Source: Macrostomum lignano (lineage: Eukaryota). From it: a stretch of 36,758 nucleotides of DNA. The position numbers and the translations under genes were made by a program. The stretch spans positions 63,726 through 100,483 of the forward strand of contig NIVC01002644.1 in NCBI GenBank assembly GCA_002269645.1. Reading direction: 5' to 3'. The notes below the pieces were generated by a model. That model had not been told where the DNA came from. It worked only from the letters and a program-made list of their open reading frames with translations, and made no database searches. The number at the start of each line of letters is the position of its first letter. Position 1 is the first letter of the stretch. Below, piece by piece: positions 9,001 through 17,551 of this stretch.

Positions 9001-12000
9001 CCTGAGATTCGCCGCTACTCCCACTCTGAGATTCGCCGCTACTCCCTCCCTGAGATTCGTCATTAATCCCTCCCTGAGATTCGCCGCTAATCCCACTCTG
9101 AGATTCGCCGCTAATCCCACCCTGAGATTCGTCATTAATCCCTCCCTGAGATTCGTCGTTAATCCCTCCCTGAGATTCGCCGCTAATCCCTCCCTGATAT
9201 TTGCCGCTAATCACACCCTGAGATTCGTCATTAATCCCTCCCTGAGATTCGCCGCTACTCCCTCCCTGAGATTCGCCGCTACTCCCTCCCTGAGATTCGC
9301 CGCTACTCCCTCCCTGAGATTCGCCGCTACTCCCTCCCTGAGATTCGCCGCTACCCCCTCCCTGAGATTCGCCGCTACTCCCTCCCTGAGATTCGCCGCT
9401 ACTCCCTCCCTGAGATTCGCCGCTACTCCCTCCCTGAGATTCGCCGCTACTCCCTCCCTGAGATTCGCCGCTACTCCCTCCCTGAGATTCGCCGCTAATC
9501 CCTCCCTGATATTTGCCGCTAATCACACCCTGATATTCGTCATTAATCCCTCCCTGAGATTCGTTGTTAATCCCTCCCTGAGATTCGTTGTTAATCCCTC
9601 CCCATATCCACCGCTAATCCCTGTAAAGTCTGAAGGCCGCGTGTTAAGCTGAGCGAGAAAATCAAACACGGGGCCCTAACTGGCCAGGTTAGCGATATAT
9701 ATATTTGAGGTTTTACGCGTACGGCATACATGACTCATGCGACACAAGATGTACATTTATAATATAACTCACTCGCCTATTTAGAACAAATTGATAATAA
9801 TATTGCGAGGCAATTACACTTCTCCCCAAAAAACGAAAAAGCTCAAAAATGCGGATTAAAAGGATAAGGAAAAAGGAATAAAACATTAAGGGTAAAAAAC
9901 ATTTGTCTCAGCCCTTAGCACCAGTTACCCGTCAAAACCCGTCAAACTCTGTAGCTGATAGGCTTGTCCTTGGCCGCTCTCGGGTGCGGCCTCTCAGCAA
10001 TGCCGCGCTCCGGCGAGGCGGCGCCAGCGTCCGCTTCTGGTGGTGGGTCCTCGGTCGCTGTCAGAGGCCGGATGTGCGTCAGGTGGCGAGTGCATGTCCG
10101 GTCGCCTTGCCGCAGGACGTAGGAATCGCCTCGCCTGTCGGTGACGGTCCAGGGTTCGAGCTCGAAAGGCGTTTGAGTTTTCGTGCGTCTCGTCCGCTTG
10201 CGGAGAACCGCCGAACCCGGCTTGACATTGGCTGTCTTGGCCCTCCTGGAGCGGTTGAAAGCTGCTGCCATCTGGTTGTTGTAGGCCTCGTGACGCTTTG
10301 CGAGTTCGGCTCGGTCGTGCTGCACAGGCTGCGATGGTTGGATTGACGGGAGGCCGTCGTTGAGGGCTCGGCCCATGAGCAGTTCGGCTGGTGCCACGCC
10401 AGTTGCCGAGTGCGGAGTGACGCGATGAGCGAGCAGCCAGTCGTCGAGTGCGGTGCGCCAGTTGCGTCCTTCTGCGATGGCCGCTCTGATGACCTTGTTG
10501 ATGCACCTGTTGACTCGCTCGGTCGCTCCGTTCGCCTCTGGGTGCAGCGGACAGATCCGGCGATGCTTGATGCCGAACTCTGAGAGGAAGTTTGTGAATT
10601 CTGCCGAGTTAAACGGAGGTCCATTGTCGCTGACGATTTCCAACGGGATGCCGTATCTGCTAAACAGAGTCCGGAGATGCGGAAGCACTGCCTCTGCTGA
10701 TGTTGAGCTGACTATGTCGACCTCGGGAAATTTTGAAAAGAGATCGGTTGTCACCAGGAGCATTTTCCCTTGGACTGGGCCGTAAAAGTCCATTCCAAGA
10801 ACTAGCCATGCTCCGTCCGGAAGTTGCGACGGTGAGAGTGGTGGCGGTGCGAGGCTCTTCGGCGATGTCGCTTGGCAAGGGAAGCAAGACTGGACGAACG
10901 TCTGGCAGTCGCTTCTCATCGCTGGCCACCAGACTTTGGTTTGCAGTCTGTCCATAGTTTTTCGGCAGCATTGGTGGCCTGCATGTGCCAGCTGGAGCAC
11001 CGTCCGACGTAAGCTGCTCGGGATGACGATCAACGAGCTCCGTAGTAGCACGCCGTCATGTTCTGAAAGCTCCTGCTGCAGGCAGGACAAGGCTCGCAGT
11101 TCTCTGTTCTGCTTGTCCCATTGACCAGTTCGTAGAGCTGATAGAGCTGCTTGGATCGTGCCGTCTGACTTTGAAGCCTCCTGAATTGTTGCAAAGTTCA
11201 GTCCTTTCGAAGTAGAGCCGATGGCGACTGCGTTGATGAAGCGTCTGTCCAGGAGTTCCCCGGGGTTGTCCTTTGTCTGCATTTCAGGTTGTCTACTGAG
11301 GACATCCGCTGGATTCTGTGGCCCCGGCTGATAGATGAGCTTGAATTTGAGGTGCTGCACTCTTAAAGCCATCCGTTCAATCCTTGGTGGAGGCCTGGAA
11401 CCAGGTTGAAAAAGCGGGACTAATGGGCGGTGATCCGTGATGACTGTGAGATCTGGGCAGCCGCTGAGGTAGTGCTCGAAACGTAGGCACCCGAATTTCA
11501 CCGCAAGCGCCTCGCGTTCAATTTGGGCGTATCGCTGCTCAACTGGCGTGAGCGACCTGCTGGCGAAGGCGACCGGTTTGCGAGCGCCTTTCTCATCCAC
11601 CTGGCTGAGAATGGCACCCAGGCCGACTGGTGAGGCGTCCACATGAACTTCTGTTGGGAGATTCACGTCAAAGAAGGCCAGGACGCTCTCCTTGCAGATC
11701 GCTGCTCTTGTTTGCAGGAATGCTTCTTGTTGCCTTTCTGACCAGTACCATTTATGACCTTTTTTAGCAGTTCTCGCATTGGCTGCGTCAGATCTGAGAA
11801 GTTCGGAACGAACCTGGACAGGTAGGTGGCCAAACCGAGGAATGAGCGCAGCTCTGACACATTTGTTGGCTCCTTAAAGTCTTTGACGGCCTTGATCTTC
11901 TCGGCTGCAGGCTGAACGCCTCGTGCGCTGATGCGCATACCAAGAAAATCGATGAAAGGCTGTGCCAGACGACACTTGTTCGGGTTGAGTGTGATTCCAT

Positions 12001-15000
12001 GGTCTTGTAGGCGCTTGAAGCACTGTTTTAGTCGGATGTTGTGCTCTTCCATCGTGCTCGCAAAGACAGTGATGTCATCGTGTGCCCATCGGACACCGTC
12101 AAGGCCGCTCAGGAAGCCTGTCATAACCCTTTGCAATATCTCGGATGCGTTGGTGAATCCCATGCTGAGTCTGGTCAGTCGCATGAGACCCAGTGGGGTG
12201 CTGAAGGTGAAGATGTGACGGGATTCCGGTTTGACGAGGATCTGGTGGAAAGCCTTTACGATGTCGAGCTCGCTGAATACCGTCGAACCCGCCATTTCGT
12301 CCGTGATCTCTTCAAAGGTTGGGATGGGCTGCTTTTCTGGCACGGCAAATGAGTTGACGTCGCGCAGGTCTTGGCAGATGCGGATGCCACTGCCTTCTTT
12401 CGGGACGACAACCATGCGGGAGACCCACGGTGACGGGCCGTTGACGCGCTCGATGATTCCTTGGTCGAGGAGAGCCTGAAGTTCCGCGATGACCGCCGAC
12501 CGCTGGTGGACGGGAACTCTGGAGGGTGGGTGACAGACTGGGACAGCTTCTGGTCGAAGACGAACGTCGACCTCGACGCCCTTAACGCAGCCAAGGCCTT
12601 CGAAGATTGACTGAAACTCACCAAGGATGCTGCTGATGCGGAGTTCGGTTGGAAGATCTTGGTCGACATCTCTGTACTTGGAGAACAGCTCTTGAATACC
12701 TGATGCGGCTAGATTTTCCGTGGGCTGCACCGAGTTGACTTCAACTGTTGGATGTTGGATGTGCAGAATTCCCATGTTGAAAGCGGTTTCTCAACCAAGT
12801 AGTGTGGTTCCACAGCCTTTGGTGATGTAGAATGAAGCTAGTTGTCTGCTAGCTGCGGTGCTCACGTTGAGGTCAGCGACACCCAGGACTTGGAGAGGCG
12901 TTGTGGACCCGTAGCTGAAAATTGGATGGATGGCGCTGCGCAGTCGAACATTTCTTAGCCGCCGGAAGTTCTCCTCGCTCATGACGTTGCAACTGGCTCC
13001 ACTATCCACGAGTACGATGAAGTCCTTGCCCTCGATCCTCAGATTAGTGTTGGCGGAGTTGCGTCTGGGTGCCGTTTTTTGCGACTGGATAGTGAAAGCC
13101 TCCTCATTTAGCGAATCGTGATCGATGAAGACCCCCTCAGCTTCTTTGTCCGCTACGGCGTTGATGCTGGAGCTTGTTTGAGGCCTGCGTTGTCTGCATG
13201 CTTTGGCGAGATGGTTTGGCTTGCCGCATGCCAGGCAGGTTTTGCCTTTTGCCGCGTTGCATGAGCTGTGCCCGCGTTCGCCGCATCGATAGCAGCTGAT
13301 TGGGCCGCTGTTTGCTTGGCCGCCAGGGACCCGCTGACTGTTCGGGCGCGTTCCGCTGTCTCTGAACTGCTTCGGTGCCGCTCTGTGCACTGCTGCGATG
13401 CTACTGGAGTTCTCAATGGCCGTGGCCTGCTCTTCTGCTGCTTCAAACGCGCGCGCTTGTCTCAACGCATCGCCGAGAGAGATGTTGGACTCCTGCAGTA
13501 ATCTTCGCCGAAGTTTATCGGAGCAGCATGTGGCCACTATCTGATCTCTGATTAGGGAGTCCTTGAGTGCTGAGAACTCGCATGTCTCGGCCGCTGAGTT
13601 GAGTCGGGAGTACCAGGAGTCCACTGGCTCTCCGGTTTGCTGAACGCATAGACGAAACTGATAGCGGGCAAATACGATGTTGTTGCGCTCCTTGAAGTGC
13701 TCTTTTATTGCTGCGAGCAGAGTTTCGAGGCTGTCTTTCTTGTCATTTGGCAGGTCTTTAATGATTTGCGCGATTTCTCTGCCGGCCGTGTAGGCCAGGA
13801 GCTTGCACTTCTGAGTTTCGTCTTTGATGCCTGACGCTTCGATAAAGTCACAAAAATGATCGGACCATTTGTTCCAGCGTTTACCGGCATTCTGCTGATC
13901 TGCACTAGTGCTGAATTGCTCAGGGGGTGGCAGTGAGATGAATTGAGCCATGAGTGACTGGACAAAGTGGGCTTGCTTGCGACGCCACTGTAAAGTCTGA
14001 AGGCCGCGTGTTAAGCTGAACGAGAAAATCAAACACGGGGCCCTAACTGGCCAGGTTAGCGATATATATATTTGAGGTTTTACGCGTACGGCATACATGA
14101 CTCATGCGACACAAGATGTACATTTATAATATAACTCACTCGCCTATTTAGAACAAATTGATAATAATATTGCGAGGCAATTACAATCCCTCCCTGAGAT
14201 TCGTTGCTAATCCCTCCCCTGAGATTCGTCGCTAATCCCTTCCCTGAGATTCGCCGCTAATCCGCCTGCGAACTTTGCTTCAGATCCATCGAAGATAATT
14301 TTAGTTTTAATCCGCCCTGAACAGGGATGCTAATCTGCCTGTATGAAAGCTCTGACTATCGCCCGTAAATTCTGCTTCCAGAGCCAAACTACACCGTCAG
14401 CATAGCACAGAGCATTCAGTTGGCATTCAACGATTCCGCTACTAGCGACGTAACTTTCCAAGTGGACGGCAAGCTGATCCACGCGCACAAGAGCATTCTG
14501 CGAATCCGGTGCGACCATTTTCGCACCATGTTCAACGAGAATTGGAACCAGACACAGTCGGCGGGCGTGGTGAGAAATGCCGTTTTTGGGGCGGAGAGAG
14601 TAGAGAAGAGACAGTAGAGACTAGAGAAGAGACAGTAGAGACTAGAGAAGAGACAGTAGAGACTAGAGAAGAGACAGTATAGAGTAGAGAAGAGACAGTA
14701 GAGACTAGAGAAGAAACAGTATAGAGTAGAGAAGAGACAGTAGAGAGTAGAGAAGAGACAGTAGAGACTAGAGAAGAGACAGTAGAGAGTAGAGAAGAGA
14801 CAGTAGAGAAGAGAAGAGACAGTAGAGAGTAGAGAAGAGACAGTAGAGAAGAGACAGTAGAGACTAGAGAAGAGACAGTAGAGAGTAGAGAAGAGACAGT
14901 AGAGAGTAGAGAAGAGACAGTAGAGAGTAGAGAAGAGACAGTAGAGACTAGAGAAGAGACAGTAGAGAGTAGAGAAGAGACAGTAGAGAGTAGACAAGAG

Positions 15001-16233
15001 ACAGAGAGCAGAGAACAGACAGTAGAGAGAAGAGAATAGACAAAGAAAAAAGAGAAGAGAGTAGAGAGTAAAGAAGAGACAGTAGAGACTAGAGAAGAGA
15101 CAGTAGAGAGTAGAGAAGAGACAGTAGAGAACAGACAGTAGAGAGTAGAGAAGAGACAGTAGAGAGTATAGAGAAAAGAGCGGAATGAGCAAGAGACAAA
15201 CTTCAGTCGTCACTACTTATTTCGCTAATAATTGGTCATGAATTTCCTAACGGCCACTGCACCATCCCAAATTGCATCGCAGATTGCGATTCGCGACTTC
15301 TCCTACCCAGTGTATTGGGCCTTCCTGGAATTCCTGTACACAGACAACGTGAATCTGTCCCCGGAAGAGGCCATCAGCCTGTTGGATTTGGCCAACTGCT
15401 ATTGCGAAGCTCCGCTAAAAGCGCATTGCGAGAGGCTAATTAAAAACAGCATCACCATTGACAACGCCATGATGCTTTATTTAGCTGCTGTAAAATTCTC
15501 CGCTTCGGTAAGTTTAGCTGTGGTTTTTACAGAAATCCAACCAAAACTTTCATTGTCTACTTTTAGTAGAGCGTCAATCGGTTTTTTATTAAAACTGATT
15601 ACTGATATTTAATTGGGAATTGTGGGGGTTGTGGAGTTTGTGGATTGTGGAGTTTCTGGATTGTGCAGTTTGTAGATTGTGGAGTTTGTGGATTGTGGAG
15701 TTTGTGGATTGTGGAGTTTGTGGATTGTGGAGTTTCTGGATTGTGGAGTTTGTGGATTGTGGAGTTTGTAGATTGTGGAGTTTGTGGATTGTGGAGTTTG
15801 TGGATTGTGGAGTTTCTGGATTGTGGAGTTTCTGGATTGTGGAGTTTGTAGATTGTGGAGTTTGTGGATTGTGGAGTTTGTGGATTGTGGAGTTTCTGGA
15901 TTGTGGAGTTTCTGGATTGTGGAGTTTCTGGATTGTGGACATACGAGTTTTGAAAGGTTTTTTAAGTTTCAAGTTAAGTTTCTGTAACAACGTCTCCAAA
16001 ATTATTTTTCAATTTTTATGCTTACTACTCTTAGTAGATTTGATATGCCGCTTTCGAAATAACCTATTAAAATTATCGGTACTATTTGACAGGAGCTTCA
16101 AAAGTTCTGCTTCGAATTCGCCATCCACCATCTGACTCGAGTCGTGTCCACCGAGGCCTTCGACGAGCTCGACGAGGCCACTCTGCGCTCCTTCCTGCGG
16201 CAGGCGGCCGCCGCAGGCGCTTTCAAATATTGA
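5820..16233 (+). CDS. RCBTB1: RCC1 and BTB domain-containing protein (RCBTB1/2-like), 6 coding exons: 5820-6025, 6368-6687, 8151-8808, 14382-14569, 15283-15507, 16093-16233
   Basis: Collinear with RCBTB1 as I recall it: DRW.[79 protein letters not shown], BTB domain SDVTFQVDGKLIHAHKSILRIRCDHFRTMF, FSYPVYWAFLEFLYTD, C-terminal GAFKY. RCBTB1 and RCBTB2 cannot be distinguished. Confidence 0.95.
6045..6190. repeat. Degenerate C/T-rich low-complexity repeat, RCBTB intron 1
   Basis: Repeated CCCCTCTCTCCC-like motifs. Confidence 0.6.
6199..6268 (+). ncRNA. SNORD82: Intronic C/D-box snoRNA, SNORD82/U82-like (predicted 18S rRNA 2'-O-methylation guide)
   Basis: Box C GTGATGA 6199-6205, guide GGGACGTAAT, D' CTGA 6225-6228, C' TGATTGA 6241-6247, D CTGA 6265-6268. 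The guide is the exact complement of conserved 18S ATTACGTCCC. A second copy lies at 19611-19691. Confidence 0.78.
6368..6687 (+). CDS. RCBTB1: RCBTB exon 2 (RCC1 repeats)
   Basis: Acceptor CTAATCTTTCTAG at 6367. Donor CAG|GTGAGG at 6688. Confidence 0.9.
6706..8017. repeat. 21-25-bp minisatellite CTGGCTAATCTCCTCTC(T/C)n, roughly 55-60 copies, RCBTB intron 2
   Basis: Direct tandem copies in alternating blocks of two variants (..CTCTCTC and ..CTTTCTT). Confidence 0.97.
8151..8808 (+). CDS. RCBTB1: RCBTB exon 3 (RCC1 repeats, Gly/Ser/Asn-rich insert)
   Basis: Acceptor CCACAG at 8150. Donor A|GTAAGT at 8809, phase 1. Confidence 0.92.
8866..9621. repeat. 24-bp minisatellite (TGAGATTCGCCGCTACTCCCTCCC), left arm, RCBTB intron 3
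   Basis: Tandem copies, read as GGSSGESQ on the - strand. The array resumes after the LTR element. Confidence 0.95.
9622..9818 (-). repeat. 3' LTR
   Basis: TGTAAAG...AATTACA; identical to 13989-14185 except G9653 versus A14020. Confidence 0.97.
9819..9827 (-). promoter_or_regulatory. Polypurine tract GGGGAGAAG
   Basis: Directly abuts the 3' LTR on the - strand. Confidence 0.85.
9942..11760 (-). CDS. pol: Retrotransposon RNase H + integrase
   Basis: VDASPVGLGAILSQ, YAQIEREALAV, ITDHRPL, an HHCC zinc finger (AHAGHQ...CFPCQ) and the DDE triad (MDFYGP / SDNGPPF / NGATER). The frame extends back to the T-run at 11760-11765. Confidence 0.93.
11663..12790 (-). CDS. pol: Retrotransposon reverse transcriptase
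   Basis: SPWVSRMVVVPK, IRICQDLRDVN, FSELDIVKAFHQI, RLSMGF, WAHDDITVF, LNPNKC, FLG, LRSFLGLATYLSRFVPN. Same frame as gag-PR across the TGA at 12791. Confidence 0.93.
   Translation of the reverse strand, partial: ETAFNMGILHIQHPTVEVNSVQPTENLAASGIQELFSKYRDVDQDLPTELRISSILGEFQSIFEGLGCVKGVEVDVRLRPEAVPVCHPPSRVPVHQRSAVIAELQALLDQGIIERVNGPSPWVSRMVVVPKEGSGIRICQDLRDVNSFAVPEKQPIPTFEEITDEMAGSTVFSELDIVKAFHQILVKPESRHIFTFSTPLGLMRLTRLSMGFTNASEILQRVMTGFLSGLDGVRWAHDDITVFASTMEEHNIRLKQCFKRLQDHGITLNPNKCRLAQPFIDFLGMRISARGVQPAAEKIKAVKDFKEPTNVSELRSFLGLATYLSRFVPNFSDLTQPMRELLKKVINGTGQKGNKKHSCKQEQRSARRASWPSLT
12791..13951 (-). CDS. gag: Retrotransposon Gag + aspartic protease
   Basis: ATG at 13951 (MAQFISLPPP). Two zinc knuckles, CYRCGERGHSSC and CLACGKPNHLAKAC. 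Protease motif VLVDSGAS. Ends at an in-frame TGA that interrupts the polyprotein. Confidence 0.9.
   Translation of the reverse strand: MAQFISLPPPEQFSTSADQQNAGKRWNKWSDHFCDFIEASGIKDETQKCKLLAYTAGREIAQIIKDLPNDKKDSLETLLAAIKEHFKERNNIVFARYQFRLCVQQTGEPVDSWYSRLNSAAETCEFSALKDSLIRDQIVATCCSDKLRRRLLQESNISLGDALRQARAFEAAEEQATAIENSSSIAAVHRAAPKQFRDSGTRPNSQRVPGGQANSGPISCYRCGERGHSSCNAAKGKTCLACGKPNHLAKACRQRRPQTSSSINAVADKEAEGVFIDHDSLNEEAFTIQSQKTAPRRNSANTNLRIEGKDFIVLVDSGASCNVMSEENFRRLRNVRLRSAIHPIFSYGSTTPLQVLGVADLNVSTAASRQLASFYITKGCGTTLLG
13970..13987 (-). promoter_or_regulatory. Candidate primer-binding site TGGCGTCGCAAGC
   Basis: Begins with TGG 1 nt after the 5' LTR and is complementary to a tRNA ending GACG-CCA. 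The tRNA identity is not assignable here. Confidence 0.7.
13989..14185 (-). repeat. 5' LTR
   Basis: Direct repeat of 9622-9818. Confidence 0.97.
14186..14270. repeat. 24-bp minisatellite, right arm (continuation of 8866-9621)
   Basis: CCCTGAGATTCG..GCTAATCCCTCC units resume right after the LTR. Confidence 0.9.
14382..14569 (+). CDS. RCBTB1: RCBTB exon 4 (BTB domain, N-terminal half)
   Basis: Acceptor TTCCAG at 14381; the phase 1 join gives LDF-K-PNYTV. Donor GTG|GTGAGA at 14570. Confidence 0.92.
14592..15178. repeat. 21-bp purine-rich minisatellite (AGAGTAGAGAAGAGACAGTAG), RCBTB intron 4
   Basis: Tandem copies, read as LYCLFST on the - strand. Confidence 0.95.
15283..15507 (+). CDS. RCBTB1: RCBTB exon 5 (BTB domain, C-terminal half)
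   Basis: Acceptor TCGCAG at 15282. IAIRDFSYPVYWAFLEFLYTD. Donor TCG|GTAAGT at 15508. Confidence 0.92.
15621..15939. repeat. 16-bp minisatellite (GGATTGTGGAGTTTGT), ~20 copies, RCBTB intron 5
   Basis: Direct tandem copies. Confidence 0.95.
16093..16233 (+). CDS. RCBTB1: RCBTB exon 6 (terminal; not in the ORF track)
   Basis: Acceptor TTTGACAG at 16092. ELQKFCFEFAIHHLTRVVSTEAFDELDEATLRSFLRQAAAAGAFKY* matches the RCBTB1 C-terminus. Confidence 0.9.
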   Translation, partial: ELQKFCFEFAIHHLTRVVSTEAFDELDEATLRSFLRQAAAAGAFKY

Positions 16234-16367
16234 CGAGCTTGGATTGAACTGGCTTCAGCTAATCAACCATAATGATAGAGACAGAATAGACAAATTGCAA
16301 TTAAGACTGTCTGCCACCAGAAACTCGTGTGCATTTTTCATTTAAGAAAATATAAAATCATTCTTTA

Positions 16368-16373
16368 AATAAA
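16368..16373 (+). terminator. Candidate polyadenylation signal for RCBTB
   Basis: AATAAA 135 nt after the stop codon, followed by a T-rich tract. Confidence 0.6.
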
Positions 16374-16870
16374 GTGCTGCCTTTTTATTTTTACACGTAT
16401 TAATGCGCAAATTTTCCTTGCCCGCTACTTAGTAAGTAGTCAGTTGAAACGCGGCAACTCTTTTTACAATTTTTGTTCTGCCGTCTTTTTCCTGATAACA
16501 GCAGTCGCCTCTAGAAGATCAATGCTTGTAATTTTTTTTACTTTACAGACAGTTTTGGTTATTCTTTTGATTTCAATATTTTGCGTGCTTACTATTGAAC
16601 CCACGTGACCTATAAAATTATAACGAATGCTGAACGAATCTAGTGATTTACAGAAACAAAGACATTGGTTTTCTTTCCTAGATAGATATTCTACATAACT
16701 TCAAGAAGGATATCCCAGCTCCATTGCTGCTCTTCTAAAGCAACAGTTCACTCTGTCTCTACTAAGATTACTGTAAATACATGTATTACATGTAGCATAA
16801 TATACATTATTGATGTCATCTAGAAAAGCAATCTTAATGTTATTCTGAGTCTCTCTTTGAAGGAGAAAAC

Positions 16871-17430
16871 CTGAATCTCATTTTGGGGTCATCCTGAATC
16901 TCACCTTGGAGGTCATCCTGAATCTCACCTTGGAGGTCATCCTGAATACTACCTTGGAGGTCATCAGCTGAATCTCACCTTTGAGGTCATCCTGAATCTC
17001 ACCTTGGATTGGAGGTCATTCTGTATCTCACCTTGGTGGTCATCCTGAATCTCACCTTGAAATTGGAGGTCACCCTGAATCTCTTCTTGGAGGTCATCCT
17101 GAGTCTCACCTTGAAGGTCATCAGCTGAATTTCACCTTTGAGGACATCCTGAATCTCACCTTGGAGATCATCCTGAATCTCACCTTGGATTGGAGGTCAT
17201 CCTGAATCTCACCTTGGATTGGAGGTCATCCTGAATCTCACCTTGGATTGGAGGTCTTCCTGAATCTCACCTTTGATGTCATCCTGAATCTCGCCTTGGA
17301 GGTCAAGTTTGAGATTCTAAATGTCATCCTTACGTGTAGATCTTCTAAGTCTCACCTTTCAGTTATTAAAAATCTCACTCATGACGTCATCCTAATTCTT
17401 ACCTTTGAGTCTTAAATCTTACCTCTGATG
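16871..17430. repeat. ~24-bp minisatellite (CTGAATCTCACCTTGGAGGTCATC) between RCBTB and PRKRIP1
   Basis: Tandem copies that degenerate toward the 3' end. Confidence 0.93.
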
Positions 17431-17551
17431 TTAGATGCCAGTGCCACCTACTTTAGAGATGATCCTCCTTAGCATTCCATCTCATTCCTCGTTTGATTTT
17501 GTAAATCCTACCTGTATTGATCAAACTCGATTTGTAAAAAAACTTTTTTGC

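Larger units (their letters stand above)
9622..14185 (-). mobile_element. Full-length Ty3/gypsy LTR retrotransposon (Mag-like), 4564 bp, antisense in RCBTB intron 3
   Basis: 197-bp TG...CA LTRs at 9622-9818 and 13989-14185 with 1 mismatch. 5-bp TSD ATCCC at 9617-9621 and 14186-14190. PBS and PPT present. Domain order gag-PR-RT-RNaseH-IN. Confidence 0.97.

Noticed and set aside
8648-9526. 292-aa ORF of GGSSGESQ repeats
   Set aside because: It is the stop-free reading of a 24-bp intronic minisatellite, antisense to RCBTB, with no independent gene signals.
9903-13965. Antisense and alternate-frame ORFs inside the retrotransposon
   Set aside because: These are shadow ORFs of GC-rich pol coding sequence with no recognisable domains; there is no env-like ORF.
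13952-14098. Gag extension into the 5' LTR (ORF-track start 14098)
   Set aside because: It lies within the LTR/PBS; ATG 13951 after the PBS is the expected start.
14416-15213. 265-aa hydrophobic Cys/Leu ORF (LYCLFST)n
   Set aside because: It is a translation of the 21-bp intronic repeat.
15589-16135. Several overlapping W/C-rich or PQST-rich ORFs
   Set aside because: These are readings of the 16-bp repeat in RCBTB intron 5.
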